64,000 nt of DNA from a virus: positions 10,805 through 74,804 of the IMG/VR virus record IMGVR_UViG_3300031772_000016. The stretch is one strand, 5' to 3'. The position numbers were made by a program, and so were the translations under genes. A model generated the notes under the pieces. It worked only from the letters and a program-made list of their open reading frames with translations, did not search any database and had not been told where the DNA came from. This document shows positions 56,919-64,000 of this stretch, piece after piece (the stretch's first letter is position 1; each line of letters starts with the position of its first letter).

Positions 56919-58934
56919 ATGGCGTGGGATAAAGGTGGAAAACGTGTGCTGCTGCCAGGTAGACAGATAGCTGCCGGGGAGCGTCCTACACAGAGTCAGC
57001 GGCCTCTCAGTACTACGTTTGTCGTGGGTGAGGTGAAGAACGTAGACGTTGAAAAATTGTGCATGACCGTGGATTTTAGAGGAGCTTTTGGATCCAGGCA
57101 GAACATCACTATAGCGCAGCCGTTTGCAGGCACTTCGAGTTTTATACTCGGTATGCCTGAGATAGGGTCTTTGATACTGTTTGGTCAGCAGGATGGTGAG
57201 TTTTACCCTCTCACGTATCTCCCGAACTATACGCATGGCCTGGAGAATAGAAACGTAAAACTACTCCCGGACAACATAAAATCTATAGAGCAAAATGAGT
57301 TTATGTTTAGGGTGAGAAAGTTGCTCAAAGGTGAGCTGGCTTTAGGGTCCGCTGGTGGCGTGGAGTTCTTCCTGGGAGAGAAAGCTCGCCTGGATGATAG
57401 TCATGGTAACATTTTTCAACTGCGCAGTGACAACAACTCTATCATCTCTACAGCGTGTAACAACAGCATATTCGGTAGCGGTATATGGCTTAATTCCGGT
57501 ATCATAAAGAGGAACTCCATAAACACGGCTTTCCTCGAAGACAACCCGAACATTTTTAAGGAGTCCCTACCCCGCGGGATGTTTGAGTATGTGCTGCGCC
57601 CAGGAGGTCCTAACCCGAACATAGACCCGTACTACACGGAGTACCTACTGGAAGTAGACGATAAAGGCTACTCTCAGCCTCCTGAGAATGACATGAATGG
57701 AGACGCGAACAGGACTGGCAGATCTCCTATAGGCATTTTCTCTATGGGTAACATGGTAGGCAACAACCCAAACCTACTGTCCTATGGAAAGATACTCCGT
57801 CCTATCCTGTTCAATGATCTGGACGATAAGATAGGTGAGTTCTTGCTCGAGTCTGTAGCAGAGAAAGACATAGATACTCTGGGTGTGGCTATATCCTGGT
57901 TCAAGCCAGACAGGGCTAACCCGGAGTCCGGTGCGTTTTTTGGGTTCGATAAAGAGGGTCACTGCTATCAATACATGCCCTCTGCTACAGGAGGCCTGGG
58001 TGGTGGGCGATCGATGTCTATCCTCGCCAGGGGCAGCAAGAAGGAAGTGTGGGGTCGTGAGTCCCGGTATGATACATCGTGGGATATGAAAGCTACGGGC
58101 GGAGTGGTATGGGAGATAGGGGCTCACAATGACAGAGAAGGTAATCCATACGCCAGTCGTAGCATGGACGTCCGTACGAGTAGTACTGTGTTCTACATGT
58201 ATGGGAACAGCGGTACTACCCCAGCTATCATGGACTACAAAGATCCTACGAAGGTGGTGGAGGATCCTAATAGCTATTTGAAGGTGGAGAAAGTAGGCGG
58301 TAAGGAACGACATGAGGTTTATGGTACCAGGGAGACTATAATCAGCGGCAATGACTACTTTACTATAAACGGGTCGCGCAAAGAGGTTGTAAAGCAGGAT
58401 AGCACCACACACTTCATGTCTACCAGGAATGTGTCTGTAGGGGATGCGTTCACGGAAAAAGTGACTAAAGAAAAGCAGGAGACGTTTGGTAACCGTAAAA
58501 CCACGGTAACTCAGGGTAGCTCTGAGCTGACAGTGACTGCTCTACAGGGGGATATAAAGGAAGAGGTCAAGAAGCTCGGTGGAAAATCACTCAAGATTAA
58601 CATGGGTAGTGTACAAGAAACCGTAAAGCTCGGTAGCAGGATTATAAAGATAAAGACAGGTAGCGTAGAGTCTAAGATATCTGGGGTAGGTAATTTCAAG
58701 TCGAGTACTAAATCGGGTCAGATAGCGCTACAGACCAAAACGGGAGCCATGGGGTTCAAGGCCTCTTTGAATATAGACATGAAAACAAAAAAAGCGGCTA
58801 ATGTAGTGGTCGCTGGGGGCGTGCTGAAGCTACAGGGCAAAAAAGGATCGCCCGGGAAAGTGATAACATCTAAAACGCATAAAGACTATACTACCGGGGC
58901 GTACCACGCGGGTACCTCGACAGCATTAGCGTGA
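56919..58934 (+). CDS. Baseplate central spike (gp5/gpV-like)
   Basis: N-terminal OB-fold (GEV..VD...MPEIGS); C-terminal beta-helix repeats ending in an H...TG.YH motif. Confidence 0.65.
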   Translation: MAWDKGGKRVLLPGRQIAAGERPTQSQRPLSTTFVVGEVKNVDVEKLCMTVDFRGAFGSRQNITIAQPFAGTSSFILGMPEIGSLILFGQQDGEFYPLTYLPNYTHGLENRNVKLLPDNIKSIEQNEFMFRVRKLLKGELALGSAGGVEFFLGEKARLDDSHGNIFQLRSDNNSIISTACNNSIFGSGIWLNSGIIKRNSINTAFLEDNPNIFKESLPRGMFEYVLRPGGPNPNIDPYYTEYLLEVDDKGYSQPPENDMNGDANRTGRSPIGIFSMGNMVGNNPNLLSYGKILRPILFNDLDDKIGEFLLESVAEKDIDTLGVAISWFKPDRANPESGAFFGFDKEGHCYQYMPSATGGLGGGRSMSILARGSKKEVWGRESRYDTSWDMKATGGVVWEIGAHNDREGNPYASRSMDVRTSSTVFYMYGNSGTTPAIMDYKDPTKVVEDPNSYLKVEKVGGKERHEVYGTRETIISGNDYFTINGSRKEVVKQDSTTHFMSTRNVSVGDAFTEKVTKEKQETFGNRKTTVTQGSSELTVTALQGDIKEEVKKLGGKSLKINMGSVQETVKLGSRIIKIKTGSVESKISGVGNFKSSTKSGQIALQTKTGAMGFKASLNIDMKTKKAANVVVAGGVLKLQGKKGSPGKVITSKTHKDYTTGAYHAGTSTALA

Positions 58935-58944
58935 GAGTGTAAGT

Positions 58945-59562
58945 ATGCCACTATCCTCTGGTATGATCTCGAACAATATACTGGCTCAGTTCAACGCCAA
59001 GCGTTTGACTGGTAAAAACAATAGAGATATAGCCAACGGTCTTGGTATGGCTGTGTATATGTTTTTGACTACTCCTAATCTGGTATCTTGCTCTATGTCT
59101 GGTACGGTAGGTCCTGTGGGTAATCTGATGAGTATAGTGACCCTGGGAGTGGTGCCTAATGTTATGAGCTCTCTGATGAATGCTCAGGCTAAGAAGAATA
59201 AACTGACTGGTAGAAACATGCCGGACATATGTAGTGCTGCCGCTACGGGTATCGCAATATCTATGGCTAGCCTTATGTTATCAGGTACTACAGCAGGCCT
59301 GGCTGTAGGAGTTGGTACGGGTTCTTTCTCTAAAGCGTCAGATAAGATCATGGCCAACATACTGTATGGACAAGAGATGTCAAAGTTCATGAGAGGTAGA
59401 AACATTAGAGATATAGTGAATAGTTTAGCGAGCGGATTCGTGAGTCATATAAAGAACTCAGCGAAGATAACATTGACAGCTACTGGGGCCATCGCTCCGG
59501 TAGCTCCTGCGGGACCTGTGGCTACATCCAGCATACCGGCAGTTTTCTCGAAAATTAGCTAA
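58945..59562 (+). CDS. Small baseplate-associated protein
   Basis: G/A/S/M-rich with three (L/M)xG(K/R)N repeats; follows the spike gene. Confidence 0.5.
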   Translation: MPLSSGMISNNILAQFNAKRLTGKNNRDIANGLGMAVYMFLTTPNLVSCSMSGTVGPVGNLMSIVTLGVVPNVMSSLMNAQAKKNKLTGRNMPDICSAAATGIAISMASLMLSGTTAGLAVGVGTGSFSKASDKIMANILYGQEMSKFMRGRNIRDIVNSLASGFVSHIKNSAKITLTATGAIAPVAPAGPVATSSIPAVFSKIS

Positions 59563-59574
59563 GGAAGTGTGTAA

Positions 59575-62500
59575 ATGGGTTCTGAAGTTTTTAAGCTAAA
59601 ATCGTTGCCCATGGACGACACTGTCGTGCGTGGATCCCGTATCAACGCGAAGAATGCTAAAGAGACCCGTACGGTGCTGGTCAACCCCCCTTATGATGAC
59701 CCGGTGTTGAAGACTGGCGAGATCGGCATCAATGCCGAGTACATCGTACAGGCCTCTCTCATAGGGAATGACCTCAAAGGGTACGGGACTTTCGTAAACA
59801 ATAGTGATGTAGTCCAGGGATACATAGGACCGCAGGACATAAAGTACGGTGATATAGTACGCCTCGACACGGACATCACGTTCTATACCGTGACTGGTAT
59901 GCAGGGTACTGATCTGTACCTACAGGAGAAGTTCGTAAAGAAAGCTCCTACAGACCCGGATCAGCAGACTGGTGTCACTACCGTAAGAAAAGTGAAACTG
60001 GACAGTGCTACCTATGAGACTGTAAAAAGCCTAGAACCTGCTGGTATTATTTTCTACGACAATACCAATACCGTATGGGGTGCGACTGGGATGCAGTTAC
60101 CAGCACCCACGGTAGCTACTAGATCTCTCATACCTTTTGATACCGGGATGAGCATCCAGTTTCAAACTGGAGTGAAGCGTTCTAAACCTGACATACTCAC
60201 TGTAGGCAGTGTCTACAAAACGGTCGTAGATAATAACACTACACCGGTCAGTGATGTGAGCCTGAGTCCTCTACCCTACCCTCACGAGAGTTTGAAGGTC
60301 TACATAGCAAAGCCTGGGGAAGTGCTGGAGCAAAAGGTAGAGCTCGAAGACTACGCCGTAAACTACACTCAGAGTCCTGAGTACAGAACGCCCCGCCCTC
60401 CTTATGAGGAACGTGAAGGTGCTTATATAAAGTTCCTGGATAAACTGACAGACGAAGTCCAGGTACCTGCGATAGACGCTACTTTTGAGGGTAACGTATC
60501 CCTGGTCAAAAAGTCCGTACAAAACAATGCCAACCTACTGCGGCCCATAGGTAATATCATACCATCAGACTCTTTTGAGATGAAAGCAGGCGGTGAAAAG
60601 CGTAAGGTAAATGTAGAGTATGTACCGGATTATGACGCTGGTATCGTACGGTTCGTGAAGCATGAAAACTCAGAGCCTCTGATCGATTCTATCACATACG
60701 TGAAAAAACTCATATGGGATGGTATGAGTGTGATAAAGGGTGTAGGGTATACAGGTGTCCAGAACATGGACAGCCTGGTCATACCTCCTATATCAGGTAT
60801 CGCAGGTACTATTGGCATGGTGTACTATGAGGATACTGATCAGAACAACCTGATCAGGGATATCGACTACGTCATAGACCCGGAATCTGGAGCTTTCAGA
60901 CTCGAGTCCCCGCTAAAAGAAACAGAGTCAGTACTGGTGTCCTACTACGTGGAGGGTGAGGACGTAGAGGCTGAGCCTGTGGCTCTCAATGATATGAGAG
61001 TCAACAAGTATCCTGTAATCACAGGGTCTGTGACCATAACTGAAAAGTACAGGGTCACTGAGGATAGCAAAGAAGTTACCAAGACTAAAGTCCTGATAGA
61101 GAATCAGGATTTTTCGTTCTCTTATATCACAGGCCGTATCAGCTCTATAGATCTAATAGAAGGTCAGGAGATACTGTCGCTGGAAGCCAGCTATACTCCA
61201 ATGGCTCAGGTGAACGTCGTTCTCCAGACTGTCCCCGGTGACAGCCTGAAATACAGGATGACAATAATCAATGATGTCATAAAGGTAGTGACTCCAGGTG
61301 CTTTGACATTCCAGCTGAATAACCCTATGGTGTCTGTGCCTGCTAAAGTCACATTCAAAGAGGATGTCACAGACTCCAACTATACGTTTTCAGGGACTGT
61401 GCTCCCAGACAGCCTGTTGTGGGTCAAGAACGAGTCTGGTACGGTATCCTATGACGTAAGAGGATATGCCTACTATGACGTGAAAGAAGTACCCCGCCAG
61501 TTGGTGCTCGACCAGAGCTTGAGTGATAGTCGTCCCGATTTGGATGAGCTAATCGTAGCTACCTATAGTTTTGAGTCAGAGCGCCTACCGTACACACCGG
61601 CTATCATAATCAACTCGATATTCAACACGGGCGATGATTATTTCCTGATAGAGGGATTCGACAGGACAGATGTACTCAAATCTGGTATGATACTCCGTAT
61701 CGATAACTTTGATCCGGAGCATACGCTCTACTATAAGATACAGTCAGTCACCTACGAGCATGGTACTACTACTGTGAAACTCTGGGGTATTTTCCCGGAG
61801 ACTATCATCAATCCTACGTTCTATCTGTTCGATGACGGTATCGATTGGCTGGGGCTACCGTCTGGTACGGAGATAGATACAGCTACGCCCGTGATGTCAG
61901 AGACTATCGTACTGACAGGGAACCCCCTCCATATCAAGAATGACATAAAGAAAAACAGTCTACTGCTCATAAACGACGAGCAGGTGTACACGGTGATGGC
62001 AGTGGATAGGGTGGGTCTGCAGTCTACTCTGACTATCTTCCCTGCTCTACAGGAGATGATCTCAGGTAGTATACAGTACTCGAGTCTGCCTGTGCACAAT
62101 ACCGGAGACGAGAATCTATCTGCCAAATACTTTATCATGACGGACCCTACGCAGCCTGCGTTCACTCTAAGTTATCAGGCTCCGGCAGGGTTTGAGGGTA
62201 GTGCGAGTATCCTGGTAGATACTGAAAAAGTGCTCATCATAGAGGCTATCCGCGGTATAAAGAACCCGGAATCGTACATCTATCCTATCGCTGACTATGC
62301 TACTCTGTATGATCTCGCAAAAGCTATCCAGGGGACTGCATCTACATTCAACAAGAATTTACCCTGGGTGAAAGTACCCGACTACAATCCATTTACGATA
62401 TTCCCGGCAGGGTCCATAGAAGAAGAGTACTATCTGTCTCCAGGTCCGTGGAGTACAGACTTGATCATACCGTTTGAGGATGACACGCCACTCACGCTCC

Positions 62501-64000
62501 CGTACACGTTTAAAATTATACCGGAGCTATTCAAGTGGTCTCTCCTGCAGGCCTACGTGACAGAGAACTCGTTTCTGATTAAGAATACCGATCGTAGGCC
62601 ATTTTTTGTGAGAGGTAATCTGCTGGCGTTTCGGAATACGTTAGATGGCAAACTCTATTTCTTTGAAGTGTCTGGTGCGGAGCTGGTGGCAGATAAAGTC
62701 ACTCCAGGTACACAGAACACTAAAGTGAATCTGACGGATACATTCAGGCAGAATCTGCTCAACCCTACTGCCTACAAGTACGACTCAGTGTCCTGGGAGA
62801 TCATAGACGATACTCTAACGAGCGTGGACCTCACTCGATCTGAGCTGACGTTTAGAGGGCTACCTCAGGGTAATCTGAGGAAGAGTACTATGCTCAAGAT
62901 CGCTGATGCCTATATCTACCAGGTATCAGAGTTGACTGTAGGATCCAATAGCTACACAGTGAAGGTCATACCTGACCTGAATAATAGCGTGAAACTGGAG
63001 ACCTACAACAGATATGTGAGACAGAGCTCGATACCCATTTACCTGGATGACATAGGTCCTCAGCCGTACATGTCGATACAGTATACATCTCCTGTGGGCC
63101 ATGTGGGTACGGCAGAAATTCGAGTGCAGTCTGACAGGATACTCATACGGGAGACTATCGATAATTTCGACATAAAGTCCTTTAGGTATGAGTACAAAAA
63201 CTACAATAGCATCCCAGAGCTCGCGGCGGCTATACAGGACGCACCGTCTTATGTGGCTGATTTCAAGCCATTCACGGTCACGATCCCTGACAGGTATCTA
63301 CCAGAGCTCCAGGTAGACAATTTCGATAACTACAAGATAAAGACTACAGACGGTGAGTTCGTGTCCCTATCACGTGACCTACAGATAGCTGTGTCCTCAT
63401 TCTCGGTACAGTACACCACCCCCACAGGACACGTAGGTAGAGCCGAGGTATCGGTACTTCCTACCGAGATCATCCTGAAAGAGACCATAGAGGCCTATCA
63501 GGCAGGTAGAGATGTCTCTAAAGAGACTCGAATAGCCTACTTGAGTACTCAGAGTCTGTCCGATCTCGCTACTCGAGCTATACCCGCGGTATCGTCTTTG
63601 GTGTCGGCTACCCTACACCCGTTCTCCTGTACCCTTCTAAACACTGAACTATTCGACGCGGGGCTGTGGAGCAGTACTCATGTGGTATCTATGTCAGAGG
63701 ACGCTGTAGAGACTCCTACAAAGGTCATGGGTACAGTAGATGGACACCATTGGTATGCTCTGGGTCCTTTGAATGAGCGTCGCCTGGTACCAGAGACAGA
63801 TTATGAGATAGAGACGGGGTCGATTGTACTCACGGAGCCTATAGTGCCTCTGGACCGTTTCCGGATGAGTTATATGGGTCTGTGGAGTCTGGAGGAGTAC
63901 GAGGGGTCTGCTATCACGTGTTCGTGCCGGTATTTCACCGATTTGCCTATGGGGTCCAGGGTAGATGTCTACATGGATTACCTGAACATAGACCAGTTCT
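59575..64000 (+). CDS. Very large baseplate/tail structural protein (3' truncated; not in ORF track)
   Basis: ATG 59575 after AAGGAAG; MGSEVFKLKSLPMDD...; open frame in every stretch I read to the window end (>1470 codons); beta-rich with DY.ID.E.G motifs. Confidence 0.8.
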   Translation, partial: MGSEVFKLKSLPMDDTVVRGSRINAKNAKETRTVLVNPPYDDPVLKTGEIGINAEYIVQASLIGNDLKGYGTFVNNSDVVQGYIGPQDIKYGDIVRLDTDITFYTVTGMQGTDLYLQEKFVKKAPTDPDQQTGVTTVRKVKLDSATYETVKSLEPAGIIFYDNTNTVWGATGMQLPAPTVATRSLIPFDTGMSIQFQTGVKRSKPDILTVGSVYKTVVDNNTTPVSDVSLSPLPYPHESLKVYIAKPGEVLEQKVELEDYAVNYTQSPEYRTPRPPYEEREGAYIKFLDKLTDEVQVPAIDATFEGNVSLVKKSVQNNANLLRPIGNIIPSDSFEMKAGGEKRKVNVEYVPDYDAGIVRFVKHENSEPLIDSITYVKKLIWDGMSVIKGVGYTGVQNMDSLVIPPISGIAGTIGMVYYEDTDQNNLIRDIDYVIDPESGAFRLESPLKETESVLVSYYVEGEDVEAEPVALNDMRVNKYPVITGSVTITEKYRVTEDSKEVTKTKVLIENQDFSFSYITGRISSIDLIEGQEILSLEASYTPMAQVNVVLQTVPGDSLKYRMTIINDVIKVVTPGALTFQLNNPMVSVPAKVTFKEDVTDSNYTFSGTVLPDSLLWVKNESGTVSYDVRGYAYYDVKEVPRQLVLDQSLSDSRPDLDELIVATYSFESERLPYTPAIIINSIFNTGDDYFLIEGFDRTDVLKSGMILRIDNFDPEHTLYYKIQSVTYEHGTTTVKLWGIFPETIINPTFYLFDDGIDWLGLPSGTEIDTATPVMSETIVLTGNPLHIKNDIKKNSLLLINDEQVYTVMAVDRVGLQSTLTIFPALQEMISGSIQYSSLPVHNTGDENLSAKYFIMTDPTQPAFTLSYQAPAGFEGSASILVDTEKVLIIEAIRGIKNPESYIYPIADYATLYDLAKAIQGTASTFNKNLPWVKVPDYNPFTIFPAGSIEEEYYLSPGPWSTDLIIPFEDDTPLTLPYTFKIIPELFKWSLLQAYVTENSFLIKNTDRRPFFVRGNLLAFRNTLDGKLYFFEVSGAELVADKVTPGTQNTKVNLTDTFRQNLLNPTAYKYDSVSWEIIDDTLTSVDLTRSELTFRGLPQGNLRKSTMLKIADAYIYQVSELTVGSNSYTVKVIPDLNNSVKLETYNRYVRQSSIPIYLDDIGPQPYMSIQYTSPVGHVGTAEIRVQSDRILIRETIDNFDIKSFRYEYKNYNSIPELAAAIQDAPSYVADFKPFTVTIPDRYLPELQVDNFDNYKIKTTDGEFVSLSRDLQIAVSSFSVQYTTPTGHVGRAEVSVLPTEIILKETIEAYQAGRDVSKETRIAYLSTQSLSDLATRAIPAVSSLVSATLHPFSCTLLNTELFDAGLWSSTHVVSMSEDAVETPTKVMGTVDGHHWYALGPLNERRLVPETDYEIETGSIVLTEPIVPLDRFRMSYMGLWSLEEYEGSAITCSCRYFTDLPMGSRVDVYMDYLNIDQF

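Noticed and set aside
189-62165. Most minus-strand and nested ORFs in the track (e.g. 189-857, 17309-18070, 44066-44839, 57774-58412)
   Set aside because: Shadows of strong + strand genes, with no RBS or recognisable domains.
1-64000. Stop-codon reassignment as in some large phages
   Set aside because: Coding density is high in the standard code, and TAA, TAG and TGA all end genes at sensible boundaries.

Overview
A 64-kb piece of the virion-morphogenesis (late) region of a large contractile-tailed (myovirus-type, probably jumbo) bacteriophage, in the standard genetic code and almost all on the + strand. Gene order: scaffold-like protein, decoration protein, major capsid protein, accessory/internal-head genes, a giant multi-domain glycosyltransferase, neck/head-completion genes, an actin-like ATPase, tail sheath, tube, chaperones, tape measure, baseplate hub and spike, and a >1470-codon ORF running off the right edge (missing from the ORF track). 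Mobile endonucleases are dense: a group I intron splits the capsid gene (1683-2727), two LAGLIDADG inteins are present, and there are free-standing HNH and Vsr-like endonucleases. Top candidates for an undescribed system: (1) two paralogous LAGLIDADG endonuclease-DNA methyltransferase fusions, each with its own sigma70-type promoter and each directly behind a conserved virion gene, with the 3' end of the capsid gene showing an abrupt codon-usage switch; (2) a possible virion O-glycosylation system (four-glycosyltransferase-domain enzyme plus structural proteins rich in G-x-T-G motifs); (3) a nucleoside-deoxyribosyltransferase-like/Acb1-like fusion among putative capsid-packaged cargo proteins. 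An 11-copy TAATAnTCTnnTAATA motif looks like the phage late promoter. All functional calls come from motif recognition by eye; no database searches were run. No tRNA, rRNA or CRISPR array was seen.
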